DNA of 64,000 nucleotides from Candidatus Lloydbacteria bacterium CG22_combo_CG10-13_8_21_14_all_47_15 (GTDB lineage Bacteria; Patescibacteriota; Minisyncoccia; Phycocordibacterales; 21-14-all-47-15): NCBI GenBank assembly GCA_002771515.1, contig PCTL01000001.1, positions 7,995 to 71,994 of the forward strand, read 5' to 3'. Shown piece by piece: positions 16,675 to 26,950 of this stretch (position 1 is its first letter; each line of letters starts with the position of its first letter). The notes under the pieces were generated by a model. It saw only the letters and a program-made list of their open reading frames with translations, ran no database searches and was not told where the DNA came from. The position numbers and the translations under genes were made by a program.

Positions 16675-17394
16675 TTAGTGCGCGATAGCAATAGCGCGTA
16701 CCTCTTTGGCGCCGGCGGCAAGCAATACCTTCCGTGCTTCCTCCAAAGTTGCGCCGGTGGTCGTGATATCATCAATAACGATAATAGATCGCCCGATGAT
16801 TTTATGCGCGTTTCTTACCGCGAATATATTTTTTATGTTTTTAATTCTCTCAGCGCGATTTTTGATGGTTGCCTGCGGTGGAGCTTCACGCATACGATAA
16901 AGGACATCAAGGACATGATTAAAAGACATCGGGGCATCTATAAAAGACATTTCTTGCACGAGAAGTTCAGATTGGTTAAATCCGCGTTCTTTTTTCCTTT
17001 GTTTTGTAATCGGAATTGGAATCAGAACCACTTTTGCGTCACTGAAAATTTTTGATTCAGCGTATTCCTCAAGAAAATAATCATACAAAAGTTTTGCCAA
17101 TACTGCTGCGAGCGCTCTGTTTCGCTTGTACTTGAAAGACCAGAGTGCTTTTCTGATGCGCGTATCTCGGTAGCTGAAGAGTGCGATGATATGCGGAGTC
17201 GTTGCCGGCGCGGGCGAGGACTTTGATATGCAGGCATCGCAGAAGGCGGTGCCGGCCGTACCGCACGCGGCACACTTGTGCGGAAAGAGCAGGTCAAGTG
17301 TCCGGCGCCAGATATATTGAATTTTCGGTCGAAATATGTTTGTCATATCTGTTTTGCGTGATGGGTATATCGGGCTTGTGGATAAGTATGCCAA
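16675..17394 (-). CDS. comF: ComF-family protein (ComFC-like phosphoribosyltransferase-domain competence protein)
   Basis: N-terminal CxxC…CxxC zinc finger (CAACG…CDAC) and a PRTase motif VIDDITTTGATL. An alternative start is ATG 17346 (MTNIF…). Confidence 0.8.
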   Translation of the reverse strand: MAYLSTSPIYPSRKTDMTNIFRPKIQYIWRRTLDLLFPHKCAACGTAGTAFCDACISKSSPAPATTPHIIALFSYRDTRIRKALWSFKYKRNRALAAVLAKLLYDYFLEEYAESKIFSDAKVVLIPIPITKQRKKERGFNQSELLVQEMSFIDAPMSFNHVLDVLYRMREAPPQATIKNRAERIKNIKNIFAVRNAHKIIGRSIIVIDDITTTGATLEEARKVLLAAGAKEVRAIAIAH

Positions 17395-17441
17395 ATAAAA
17401 AGCGTTTTTTTATTTCTACTATGGTATAATTTAGTTATTGT

Positions 17442-18668
17442 ATGGCGACAGATGCATTGTGGCAAAAGCTCGGTACGATTGTTGAGTTCGTGCGCGACAG
17501 TATTTCTCAAAAAGGCGCCAAACAAAGTGTTCTCGGTATTGATGTTGGTTCTTCGTTTGTCAAAATAGTCCAGCTTAAAAATAAAGGCGGCAAGGCGGTG
17601 CTTGAAACATATGGCGAAATCGGCCTTGGATCATATGGCAACGCAGAGCAGGGGCAGGCGACCAATTTACCGCCGGAGAAAATCGTAGAAGCCGTCTCTG
17701 ATCTTTTCAAAGAAGCGAATGTGACGACCAAAAATGCTGCGGTGGCTATCCCGCTTCGGGCAAGCTTGCTCTCTCTTATGGAAGTGCCGAAGCTTGAGGG
17801 GAAGCAGTTTGACAATATGATTGCCATTGAAGCGCGGAAGTATATCCCTGTTTCTATTTCGGAAGTGACGCTTGATTGGTGGGTGGTGCCAAAACAGCAG
17901 GGTGGAGATATCCCCGAAGGAGTGCAGGATGGGAGTGATGTTGTATTGAGTAAAAAGAGCAGAAAAGGTAAAGACCGTGAGTTGGTTGAGGTTATGGTTG
18001 TTGCAATCCATAATGACGCGCTTGAAAAATACCAGCAAATTGTATCAGCCCTGAACCTTGAATCTGTATTTTTTGAGTTGGAAGTATTCTCAACGGTTCG
18101 TGCGACTTTCGGAAGGAGTATCGCGCCAATGCTCGTCGTGGATATAGGTGCGGCATCAACCAAAATCGCGATTATTGAATACGGTGTTGTTCGTTTTTCG
18201 CATACGATCAATCGCGGCTCACAGGATATTTCGGTTTCTGTTTCAAAGTCGCTGTCTGTTAGTTTCGGTAAGGCGGAAGAATTGAAAAAAAAGTTTGGCA
18301 TGCTTGGCGATGAGGCGTCTGAAGCGGCGGAAGCAGACGGGAAGGCCGGTGTTGTAGCCGATGTGTCTAAATTAACTTTTGAAACCATTTTCGGCGAGAT
18401 CAATGAATCGATTGTTGCGCACCAGCGGGAGCACAATGTACCAGTTGAAGCGGCGGTGTTAACTGGTGGCGGCGCGCTATTGAAGGGGATTCTGCCGTTT
18501 GCTACAGAACATTTAAATATTGAAGTTTCACTTGGCAACGCATTTGGAAAGATTGAAGCGCCGGCGTTTCTTGAGGGAGTGTTGGCGAAAGCAGGACCGG
18601 AATTTGCAGTAGCGGCAGGTATCGCATTGAGGAAGCTTCAAGAAGGAAATAAAAATCTTGATTTTTAA
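17442..18668 (+). CDS. pilM: type IV pilus assembly protein PilM
   Basis: Actin-like ATPase fold (…LGIDVGSSFVKIVQL…, …VLTGGGALLKGI…). Confidence 0.85.
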   Translation: MATDALWQKLGTIVEFVRDSISQKGAKQSVLGIDVGSSFVKIVQLKNKGGKAVLETYGEIGLGSYGNAEQGQATNLPPEKIVEAVSDLFKEANVTTKNAAVAIPLRASLLSLMEVPKLEGKQFDNMIAIEARKYIPVSISEVTLDWWVVPKQQGGDIPEGVQDGSDVVLSKKSRKGKDRELVEVMVVAIHNDALEKYQQIVSALNLESVFFELEVFSTVRATFGRSIAPMLVVDIGAASTKIAIIEYGVVRFSHTINRGSQDISVSVSKSLSVSFGKAEELKKKFGMLGDEASEAAEADGKAGVVADVSKLTFETIFGEINESIVAHQREHNVPVEAAVLTGGGALLKGILPFATEHLNIEVSLGNAFGKIEAPAFLEGVLAKAGPEFAVAAGIALRKLQEGNKNLDF

Positions 18669-18682
18669 ATAACTTACTATAC

Positions 18683-19291
18683 ATGCCTTCGGTTACCCCA
18701 CAACCTCCGAAAACTACATTCATACCGAAAAAGACACTTACTAAACGCGATAAGTCAAAATCGCTTCGTTATTCCGGCTGGGTTACCGTATTTTCTGTTT
18801 TTCTTCTTGTGTTTTCCGTCGCTGGATATAGCGCGCTTTTGTTATATAAAGTATACCTGGAACAGCGCTCGGAAGATCTTGCCGTTTCTCTTGAACGGGC
18901 GAAAGGTGCTTTTGACCCGACAATTATTGAAGAACTAAAACGGGTTGATATGCGGCTCTCAAGCGCCGATCAGGTGCTTTCAAAGCATGTCACCATTACA
19001 CCGCTGTTCGTGCTTTTTGAAAATGAGACGCTTCAGCGCATCCGATATACGCAGATGAGCTTTATTGCAAAAGATGACGGTGCCTACCAGATTACCATGG
19101 ACGGTGAGGCCGATGATTACGCAACAATTGCTTTGCAGTCCGATATTTTTTCTGATAGCAGGAATGTGAGGGATCATATCTTCTCAAATCTTAATTTGAA
19201 CAGCAAGGGAAATATTTCATTTAAGTTCTCGGCTTTTGTTGAGCCTGGATTTTTACGGTATATCGCACAATTAGCAAACAATACCCAATAA
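18683..19291 (+). CDS. pilN: type IV pilus assembly protein PilN-like
   Basis: Single N-terminal TM plus a periplasmic coiled-coil; called by position after pilM. Confidence 0.6.
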   Translation: MPSVTPQPPKTTFIPKKTLTKRDKSKSLRYSGWVTVFSVFLLVFSVAGYSALLLYKVYLEQRSEDLAVSLERAKGAFDPTIIEELKRVDMRLSSADQVLSKHVTITPLFVLFENETLQRIRYTQMSFIAKDDGAYQITMDGEADDYATIALQSDIFSDSRNVRDHIFSNLNLNSKGNISFKFSAFVEPGFLRYIAQLANNTQ

Positions 19292-19298
19292 TCACATT

Positions 19299-19829
19299 AT
19301 GCGGTTTCTTCTTCCAATTTTATTGCTTGCGATTTCCATCGGGATATATATTGGCCTGATAGAGCCTTTGAACCGTGATGTAGCGCATATTAAAGCAGGG
19401 GTTGCTGAGTTTGATACCGCGCTTGCAAAAGCAAAAGAGCTTCAAGCTGTGCGCGACGGGTTAATCGGCCGGTATAACGAATTTCCGCTTTCCGACTTGG
19501 AACGGGTTGAAAAACTCCTGCCCGATAATGTTGACAATGTGCGCCTTATCATGGATATCGACAATATCGCTAATCGATACAAAATGGCGCTTAAAAATAC
19601 CAGGATTATTGCTCGCGGTCAGGAACAACCGGGTGGTGGTATGCCTGCCGGTGTCGGAACGGTCGGGCTAAGCTTTTCCGTATCAGCGCCGTACGAAACT
19701 TTTTTGGCATTTCTAAATGATCTGGAACAAAGCTTGCGGATTGTTGATATCGGATCAATCACTTTCACCGCTGGCGATGTTGATTTTTACGAATACTCGG
19801 TGCTCCTCAATACCTATTGGCTTAAATAA
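19299..19829 (+). CDS. pilO: type IV pilus assembly protein PilO-like
   Basis: N-terminal TM helix and a periplasmic domain; called by position in the pilMNO block. Confidence 0.55.
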   Translation: MRFLLPILLLAISIGIYIGLIEPLNRDVAHIKAGVAEFDTALAKAKELQAVRDGLIGRYNEFPLSDLERVEKLLPDNVDNVRLIMDIDNIANRYKMALKNTRIIARGQEQPGGGMPAGVGTVGLSFSVSAPYETFLAFLNDLEQSLRIVDIGSITFTAGDVDFYEYSVLLNTYWLK

Positions 19830-19840
19830 CACATACCTTT

Positions 19841-20200
19841 ATGACAACAGGCAAAAACATGGTAATGAAAATAATCATAGGTATAGGCGCGCTTATTTTG
19901 GTCGTAGTGGGGTATGGTATGTTGTTTGGCAATGGGGCGCCGAAGTCGGAAAGCCAGCTCATAGTTGCAGGTCCGCAACAGGTTGAGCTTGAGAGCGGTA
20001 AAGAAATTCTCCAGCTGTTGTTAAATCTGAAATCGCTCCAATTAAACGCCTCTATTTTTTCAAATCCGGCATTTCGGTCGCTTAAAGATTTTGGTCAGGA
20101 TATACCGCCACAACCGCGCGGTCGTGAGAATCCGTTTGCACCGCTTCCGTTGCGTGTACAGACTCCTCGCGGAGGAGCTACAGGAGGACTTGTGCTGTAG
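19841..20200 (+). CDS. hypothetical membrane protein in the pilus operon (PilP-like?)
   Basis: 119 aa with an N-terminal TM, lying between pilO and pilB. Confidence 0.4.
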   Translation: MTTGKNMVMKIIIGIGALILVVVGYGMLFGNGAPKSESQLIVAGPQQVELESGKEILQLLLNLKSLQLNASIFSNPAFRSLKDFGQDIPPQPRGRENPFAPLPLRVQTPRGGATGGLVL

Positions 20201-20241
20201 CGTCTGTTTGCCAATATGCATACAGACCAATTATATAACCC

Positions 20242-22014
20242 ATGGCTTTTTTAGATTATCTTGTTCAAAAAGGAATAATAGAAGAGAAAGAGGCGGTTTT
20301 GGCAGTGGAGAAAGCTGCTACAGAGTCGCGAAGTATTGAAGAACTCCTTTCGGAACACGGCCTTTCCATTGAAGATCAGACCCAATATAAAGGAGAATAT
20401 TTGGGTGTGCCTATACGGAAAACGACGGCGCGAGACCTTTCCTTTGATGTTTTGCAGTATATTCCAGAAGAGGCGGCACTTCATTATGGATTCGTGCCGA
20501 TTGGTATGAAGGATAATGTGCTGGAAGTCGGGATGATAAATCCGGATAATGTTGAAGCACGCGATGCGCTCCGCTTCATTACATCAAAAACCAATATTCC
20601 ATTTAAAATCTTTCTGATATCTGAACAGGATTTCAAATCTATCATTTCAAATTATACAGGTTTGACCGGACAGGTAGACCGTGCGCTTTCCGAAATCGGC
20701 TCGCAAACTGACATAGAGGGTACGGAAGCCGCGACTAAACAGGCTCCTGTCGTGATCGGTGATGATAAGGATTATGATACAGGCAAAGTGCTGGACGGGG
20801 AAAAACCGTTTGAAGCAAAAATGATTGAAGACGCGCCGGTTACAAAAATCGTGGCCGTGATTCTACGGCATGCGGTTGAGGGGAATGCTTCCGATATCCA
20901 CATTGAGCCGGTGAGAGATAAGATTCGCGTGCGGTTTCGCGTTGACGGCGTTTTGTATACCAGCCTTCTTTTGCCGACATCTGTTCACGGTGCTGTGGTT
21001 GCGCGCGTGAAGATTCTTTCCAATATGAAGCTTGACGAGAAACGCAAACCGCAGGACGGGCGCTTCTCGGCAAAAATTGAAAATCGTGTTATAGATTTTC
21101 GCGTTTCAACATTTCCTACTTACTACGGCGAGAAAGTGGTGATGCGTATTCTTGACCCTGAAAAAGGATTTATTGCATTGGAAGATCTTGGAATGAGTGA
21201 ACGCAATATTGCGCTGGTGCGCAAGGCGCTCGCGGAGCCGTACGGTATGATTCTTTTGACAGGCCCGACCGGTTCCGGAAAGACGACGACATTATATTCA
21301 ATGCTTTCTGAAATTGACCGTGATGGGAAAAATGTGCTTTCGCTTGAAGATCCGGTGGAATATAGCGTATCTGGTATGAACCAATCGCAGGTGCGTCCGG
21401 AAATCGGATATGATTTTGCCAATGGTCTTCGGACAACGCTTAGGCAGGACCCCGATGTAATTATGGTGGGTGAGATTCGCGACAAAGAAACGGCACAGCT
21501 TGCGGTTCAGGCCGCGTTGACAGGACACCTCGTGTTTTCCACACTACATACAAACAATGCGACCGGTGTTATACCGCGTCTTGTAGACATGGGTATTGAC
21601 CCGTATCTTATTGCGCCTACTCTCCGGCTTGCGATTGCCCAACGGCTTGTAAGAACACTCTGCCCGGGTGAGGAGAGCCGAAAGCCGATGCCTGTAGATG
21701 GGAGTATAAAGATTATGATTGACAAGGAATTTGAGAGTTTGCCTGCGGAGTATCGTAAGAATCTTCCATTAGGTACGACGCTATATGAGGCATCGTCTAC
21801 ACCGGCGTGTCCGCGAGGTACGCGCGGAAGAATGGCAGTGTATGAAATGTTTGAAATGAATCGCGAGATAGAACGGATTATTCTCAAGGAGACAGCGGAA
21901 AGTGCGGTGTTTGACGCTGTGCGAAAAGGGCAGGGAATGCTCACGATGAAAGAAGACGCCATCATAAAAGCGTTTGAGGGGCGGATTCCGTTTGAGGAGG
22001 TCAACACCCTATGA
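20242..22014 (+). CDS. pilB: type IV pilus assembly ATPase PilB (GspE family)
   Basis: Walker A GPTGSGKTTT, Asp/His boxes, and a C-terminal tetracysteine (…CPGEES…ACPRGTRG…). Confidence 0.93.
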   Translation: MAFLDYLVQKGIIEEKEAVLAVEKAATESRSIEELLSEHGLSIEDQTQYKGEYLGVPIRKTTARDLSFDVLQYIPEEAALHYGFVPIGMKDNVLEVGMINPDNVEARDALRFITSKTNIPFKIFLISEQDFKSIISNYTGLTGQVDRALSEIGSQTDIEGTEAATKQAPVVIGDDKDYDTGKVLDGEKPFEAKMIEDAPVTKIVAVILRHAVEGNASDIHIEPVRDKIRVRFRVDGVLYTSLLLPTSVHGAVVARVKILSNMKLDEKRKPQDGRFSAKIENRVIDFRVSTFPTYYGEKVVMRILDPEKGFIALEDLGMSERNIALVRKALAEPYGMILLTGPTGSGKTTTLYSMLSEIDRDGKNVLSLEDPVEYSVSGMNQSQVRPEIGYDFANGLRTTLRQDPDVIMVGEIRDKETAQLAVQAALTGHLVFSTLHTNNATGVIPRLVDMGIDPYLIAPTLRLAIAQRLVRTLCPGEESRKPMPVDGSIKIMIDKEFESLPAEYRKNLPLGTTLYEASSTPACPRGTRGRMAVYEMFEMNREIERIILKETAESAVFDAVRKGQGMLTMKEDAIIKAFEGRIPFEEVNTL

Positions 22015-22096
22015 CATCGTGTTTTTTGTTTGGATTGGCGGCATACATGGGGTATACTAATAAATATATCAATACTACTTACTAATATTTCATCAT

Positions 22097-22483
22097 ATGG
22101 CGAAAGATAAGAAAAAAATCGTATTTATTGTTGATGATGATAAATTTTTGCTTGATATGTACGCGCTCAAGTTTGGGGAAGCCGGTTTTCAGGTTGAGAC
22201 GGCAGCGAACGCGCAGGATGCGCTTGATAGATTCAAAGATGGCCTTATTCCTGATGTACTTTTGCTTGATATTGTGATGCCTGGCATGGACGGGTTTGAA
22301 TTTTTGTCGGCCGTTACCGAAGAAAAGCTTTTGCCAAATACGGAAAAAATTATTCTTTCAAATATCGGACAAGAGGAAGATATTGAGCGCGGCAGGAAAC
22401 TCGGCGCTGACGGCTATATTGTCAAAGCAAGTGCTACGCCGACTGAAGTGGTAAAGAAAGTAGAGGAGATTATGCAAAAATAA
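22097..22483 (+). CDS. single-domain response regulator (CheY-like receiver)
   Basis: DDD acidic pocket (FIVDDDKF), phospho-acceptor LLLDIVMPGMDG, and the conserved Lys near the C-terminus. Confidence 0.85.
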   Translation: MAKDKKKIVFIVDDDKFLLDMYALKFGEAGFQVETAANAQDALDRFKDGLIPDVLLLDIVMPGMDGFEFLSAVTEEKLLPNTEKIILSNIGQEEDIERGRKLGADGYIVKASATPTEVVKKVEEIMQK

Positions 22484-22502
22484 GAAACAACTTTTATTAT
22501 CT

Positions 22503-23567
22503 ATGGACAATTACGCAAAAGAACTTTCAGATTTGCTCGGCACAGTCGTACGCGAAGGCGGGTCGGACCTGCATTTATCTGTCGGCAGATTTCCAACTAT
22601 TCGCGTGTCCGGACAGATGATTCCGCTAACCACGAAGATTAAGCTTTCTCCCGATGACACCAGAGGGCTTTTGTACGCAATGCTTTCAGAAGAGCATCAG
22701 GCGACCTTTAATAGTGAATGGGAACTTGATTTTGCCTATACATTTGAGGGCAGTGCCCGTTTTCGAGGAAATGCGTTTCTACAACAGGGTAATATTGGCA
22801 TCGCGCTTCGGCTTATTCCAAAAGATATTAGAACGCTCAAGGAGTTGAGTCTTCCGCCGATTCTTGAGACATTTGCCAGAAAAAAACAGGGGTTTTTCTT
22901 GGTGGTTGGGCCGGTTGGGCAGGGGAAATCAACCACGCTCGCGTCTCTTTTAAATTTAGTGAACAAAGAACGAGCTGAACACATTATTACTATTGAAGAC
23001 CCTGTTGAGTATTTATTTGAGGAGGATAAATCAATTGTTGATCAGCGGGAAGTACGCACAGATACGAAAGATTTTGCCAGCGCGCTCCGTTCGATGTTTA
23101 GACAGGATGTTAATATTGCCATGATTGGTGAAATGCGTGGGCCACTCACTATGGCCACTGCCGTGACTGCCGCTGAAACAGGGCACCTTATTTTTTCTAC
23201 GCTTCATACTAACAACGCGGCCCAGACTATAGACCGTATTATTGACTCGTTCCCGCCGACACAACAGGGTCAGATTAAAGTTCAGCTTGCCGGCAGTTTG
23301 CTTGGGATTTTTTCCCAACGACTGGTTCCCAGGATTTCCGGAGGACTCATCCCTGCATATGAGCTTCTCATTAACAATTACGCGGTTGCGAATCTTATTC
23401 GCGAGGGGAGGACGCACGAAATTGATGTCGTTATTGAAACGAGTGCGCGCGATGGCATGATTCCTATGAACCGCTCGCTTGCCGATCTTGTGCGCGCCGG
23501 TGAGATCAGCCCCGAAAACGCTTATATTCATTCGCTGAATCCTCGCGGACTGGAGAAACTTTTATAA
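22503..23567 (+). CDS. pilT: twitching motility ATPase PilT
   Basis: Walker A GPVGQGKSTT and the PilT-type ATPase fold (…GHLIFSTLHTNNAAQTIDRI…). Confidence 0.92.
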   Translation: MDNYAKELSDLLGTVVREGGSDLHLSVGRFPTIRVSGQMIPLTTKIKLSPDDTRGLLYAMLSEEHQATFNSEWELDFAYTFEGSARFRGNAFLQQGNIGIALRLIPKDIRTLKELSLPPILETFARKKQGFFLVVGPVGQGKSTTLASLLNLVNKERAEHIITIEDPVEYLFEEDKSIVDQREVRTDTKDFASALRSMFRQDVNIAMIGEMRGPLTMATAVTAAETGHLIFSTLHTNNAAQTIDRIIDSFPPTQQGQIKVQLAGSLLGIFSQRLVPRISGGLIPAYELLINNYAVANLIREGRTHEIDVVIETSARDGMIPMNRSLADLVRAGEISPENAYIHSLNPRGLEKLL

Positions 23568-23571
23568 CGAT

Positions 23572-24777
23572 ATGCTATTTCGCTACAAAACAGTCGGCAA
23601 AGATGGTGTGCAGTTTGAGGGTAGTATTGACGCATTTGACGAGGATGCGGCAATCGCGTCGCTTCAGCGTCGCGGATTGGTGGTGGTATCAGTTTATCCG
23701 GAAAAAGAAGCATCCTGGTGGCAGGAATCCGTTCCATTTTTTAGGGCCGTGTCCCCGAAAGATATTGTTATAATCTCCCGTCAGATTGCTACGCTCTTTG
23801 AGGCGAAAGTACCTGCGCTTCAGGTGTTTCGTCTTATTGCGACAGAAACCGATAATGCTGTTTTGCGCGATGCGTTTGCAAAAATTACCGATGACATTCA
23901 GGCTGGTGTTCCGATTTCAGACGCAATGGAAAAACATGTGGAGATTTTCTCTGATTTTTATGTGAATATGGTGCGTTCAGGAGAGGAGTCAGGAAAATTA
24001 AATGAAACATTTAATTTTCTTGCAGATTATCTTGACCGATCGTACGAGCTTTCAAGCAAGGCCAAGAACGCGCTTATTTATCCGGCATTCGTCATTACAA
24101 CATTCATTGTTGTAATGACATTGATGCTCGTTATGGTCATTCCGAGGCTTGGTACGATACTTTTGGAGACCGGCCAGGATATCCCGTTTTATACGCAAAT
24201 TGTCATCGGTGTCAGCAATTTTTTGCTCAATTACGGCCTCGTCATTCTCGGGCTTATTATTGTGGGGGTAATTGTGCTCTGGCGGTTTGTGCGTTCACCT
24301 GGAGGAGGGCAGTCGCTTGCGCAGTTTCAGCTTTCCGTGCCGTATGTTGGGCAACTGTATAGAAAATTTTATCTTTCACGAATTGCAGATAACTTGCATA
24401 CAATGATATCAAGCGGTATTCCGATTGTGCGCGCGTTTGAGGTGACGGCTCATGTTGTTGGTAACGCTGTGTATGCAGACATTTTGAACGAAGTGAAACA
24501 AGCTGTGCAAGGTGGCGCGCCAATCTCTGAAACACTTGTTCGGTATGATGAAATTCCTTCCATTATGACGCAGATGATTAAAGTGGGCGAGGAAACCGGT
24601 CGATTGGGTTTTGTGCTACAAACAATGGCGGCGTTTTATCGGCGCGAAGTTGATAATGAAGTGAGTACAATTGTATCGTTGATTGAGCCGATACTTATTG
24701 TGGCGCTTGGGCTTGGTGTTGGGTTTTTGCTCACATCGGTGCTTATCCCGATTTATCAGACTACGGCGAATATTTAG
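23572..24777 (+). CDS. pilC: type IV pilus platform protein PilC (GspF family)
   Basis: Two GspF repeats with three TM segments. Confidence 0.9.
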   Translation: MLFRYKTVGKDGVQFEGSIDAFDEDAAIASLQRRGLVVVSVYPEKEASWWQESVPFFRAVSPKDIVIISRQIATLFEAKVPALQVFRLIATETDNAVLRDAFAKITDDIQAGVPISDAMEKHVEIFSDFYVNMVRSGEESGKLNETFNFLADYLDRSYELSSKAKNALIYPAFVITTFIVVMTLMLVMVIPRLGTILLETGQDIPFYTQIVIGVSNFLLNYGLVILGLIIVGVIVLWRFVRSPGGGQSLAQFQLSVPYVGQLYRKFYLSRIADNLHTMISSGIPIVRAFEVTAHVVGNAVYADILNEVKQAVQGGAPISETLVRYDEIPSIMTQMIKVGEETGRLGFVLQTMAAFYRREVDNEVSTIVSLIEPILIVALGLGVGFLLTSVLIPIYQTTANI

Positions 24778-24935
24778 ATATAGAGATGTTTTTGTTATCC
24801 ACAGGGCTATTTTGTCTTTCGGACGGTTTGGTATAAAGTAGAAATACCGCTTAATGGGAACATATGCGCGTTTCGGCGTATTATATTGCCGATACGCAGG
24901 CCGCGGTCGATTAGTAGAGTTTTTAATTTTTTACT

Positions 24936-25436
24936 ATGCAGTATAGAAATACTAAAAAAGGTTTTACGCTTATTGAACTTTTGGTTGTGATTGCGATTAT
25001 CGGCATTCTTTCGTCTGTAGTTCTCGCATCGCTTAATAGCGCGCGTGAGAAATCGCGTGACGCGAAGCGTGTATCTGATATCAAACAGTTACAGCTTGCG
25101 CTTGAGCTTTATTTTGACGCGAACGGTGAATATCCGGATGCTACATCTAAGCTTGCGCCGACCTTTATTCCGCAGATACCGACTGACCCGCTTGCCAGCG
25201 CGGCATATCCGTATAATTCCTACACATCAAAGACGATTGGTGCGGGGGCTGATTGCGATGAAGCTTCTGAAACATGTATCTTTTATCACATTGGGGCGAA
25301 TCTTGAGCAGTCAACGCACACTGCGTTGGGCGCTGACTTGGATACAATCGGCGATGTTCTTGACGGTGACGATGCCGACTCATGTGATACTGTGGCAACA
25401 GACACGACACGCTTCTGCTATGATGTAACTCCGTAA
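24936..25436 (+). CDS. pilA: type IVa major pilin (PilA-like)
   Basis: Prepilin leader MQYRNTKKG followed by FTLIELLVVIAIIGIL (Gly at -1, Phe at +1, Glu at +5). Confidence 0.9.
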   Translation: MQYRNTKKGFTLIELLVVIAIIGILSSVVLASLNSAREKSRDAKRVSDIKQLQLALELYFDANGEYPDATSKLAPTFIPQIPTDPLASAAYPYNSYTSKTIGAGADCDEASETCIFYHIGANLEQSTHTALGADLDTIGDVLDGDDADSCDTVATDTTRFCYDVTP

Positions 25437-25463
25437 TACGCTCGGTATTTTCAGATATGTCTA

Positions 25464-25502
25464 AACACACCATGTTGGCCACGCCAACATGGTGTGTTTT
25501 TG
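25464..25502 (+). terminator. rho-independent terminator after pilA
   Basis: ACACACCATGTTGGC-cac-GCCAACATGGTGTGT followed by TTTT. Confidence 0.85.
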
Positions 25503-25509
25503 GTATAAT
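25501..25509 (+). promoter_or_regulatory. extended -10 (TGgTATAAT) for pilD
   Basis: tggtataat sits immediately after the pilA terminator, with ATG 25516 about 7 nt downstream. This implies a leaderless or short-leader pilD mRNA. Confidence 0.4.
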
Positions 25510-25515
25510 CAAAAC

Positions 25516-26355
25516 ATGGAATCTTTTATTCTAATTGCTGCGTTTATGTTTGGTACGATTATCGGTAGTTTTCTGAATGTAGTGATTCTTCGTTTCAGAA
25601 CTAAAGAAACACTCGGCGGACGCTCACGGTGTTTTTCTTGCGGAAAAGAACTTTCATGGTATGAGTTGGTTCCTATTTTAAGTTTTCTCTATCAGGGCGG
25701 ACGCTGTCGCACCTGCGGTAGCCATATTTCATGGCAATATCCGATAGTTGAGGCAGTAACCGGATTTATGGCTGTGGGAGCGGTTATCGCTTTTTATTCG
25801 CGATTACCGCTATATGATGCCGCGCTAAATTTTGGATTCTTTTTCTTGCTCGGGTGTGTAGGTATCATACTTGCCGTATACGATTTCAAACACATGATAT
25901 TGCCGGATGAATTCGTATGGCTTTTCAATGCTGTTGCCGTTACTTCGCTCGTGCCTCCTTTGGCCACGCGCATCACTGCCGACGGCTCGTTTGTGGCAGG
26001 CATCGCTTTTTTTGCCTTTTTTGCATCGTTGTGGTTTGTGTCGGGCGGTCGGTGGATGGGACTTGGCGATGCGAAATTGTCGCTTGGTATTGGGTGGTTT
26101 CTCGGATGGAGCGGTGGTGGGATGGCGCTTTTGGTCGCGTTTTCTACGGGTGCGATGGTTGGTGTATTGCTGATTGCCGCAAGCAAGTTTCGCGCGTTGT
26201 TTTTGCCGGAACGGTACGCTACACTAAAGAGTGAGATACCATTCGGACCGTTCATGCTTCTCGGTGTTTTTATCATCGCATTATCCGGTATTGACTTTAT
26301 GACGCTTACTTCATTTTTTATTGTAGAAGGTATTCCAATATTATGGAAATTCTGA
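25516..26355 (+). CDS. pilD: prepilin peptidase PilD (A24 family)
   Basis: N-terminal zinc-binding CFSCG…CRTCG and multi-TM aspartyl peptidase body. The track start 25489 lies inside the upstream terminator stem, so ATG 25516 (MESFILIAAF) is preferred. Confidence 0.85.
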   Translation: MESFILIAAFMFGTIIGSFLNVVILRFRTKETLGGRSRCFSCGKELSWYELVPILSFLYQGGRCRTCGSHISWQYPIVEAVTGFMAVGAVIAFYSRLPLYDAALNFGFFFLLGCVGIILAVYDFKHMILPDEFVWLFNAVAVTSLVPPLATRITADGSFVAGIAFFAFFASLWFVSGGRWMGLGDAKLSLGIGWFLGWSGGGMALLVAFSTGAMVGVLLIAASKFRALFLPERYATLKSEIPFGPFMLLGVFIIALSGIDFMTLTSFFIVEGIPILWKF

Positions 26356-26948
26356 AAATCAAACACTCCGGATTTACTCTAGTGGAGTTTGTCATCGCGA
26401 TTTCTATTTTTGTTATTTTTGCGACGCTCCTTTTGGCAAATTATCCTGCGTTTTTAAGCCGCTCATCTATTGATTCACTTGCGCATGAGATTGCGCTGAC
26501 TGTCAGACAAGCGCGTGAATACGGCCAGAACATTAGACTCGGCGCGTTTACCGGAGGGAAAAAAGAATCGTATGGTGTTTACTTTTCCGCGTTGGACCAA
26601 CGGTCGTTCGTGCTATTCGCAGACCTTGATAATTCAAAAGACTACGATAGTTTGCCGTGCGGTGACACTGGTACGGAATGTCTTGAAAATCTGGCGATAA
26701 CCTCAACCGCGCGGATTGTGGATTTGTGCGGAGATGTAAAAACAGAAGGTCTTACAGTGGATGACCCAATTGCTACATGCGGACTTAGCTCGCTTTATAT
26801 TACATTCACGCGTCCGAATCCGGACGCGTATATTCAAGATAGCGAAGGGCGCGTGTATTCCGATGCGGAAATTGTTGTGTCATCGGTCCGCGGAATTGAC
26901 AAAAAAGTGGTGGTGGTATGGACTACGGGACAAATTCTTGTTGAATAA
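26343..26948 (+). CDS. minor pilin / pseudopilin
   Basis: …KIKHSG|FTLVEFVIAISIFVIF class III signal. Confidence 0.8.
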   Translation: MEILKIKHSGFTLVEFVIAISIFVIFATLLLANYPAFLSRSSIDSLAHEIALTVRQAREYGQNIRLGAFTGGKKESYGVYFSALDQRSFVLFADLDNSKDYDSLPCGDTGTECLENLAITSTARIVDLCGDVKTEGLTVDDPIATCGLSSLYITFTRPNPDAYIQDSEGRVYSDAEIVVSSVRGIDKKVVVVWTTGQILVE

Positions 26949-26950
26949 TT

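Noticed and set aside
16616-16675. Hairpin GAGAATC-agattattaa-GATTCTC followed by TTTTT between grx and comF
   Set aside because: The T-run is on the + strand whereas both flanking genes are on the - strand, so on the - strand it lacks a U-tract. It is probably an incidental inverted repeat or attenuator-like element rather than a functional terminator.
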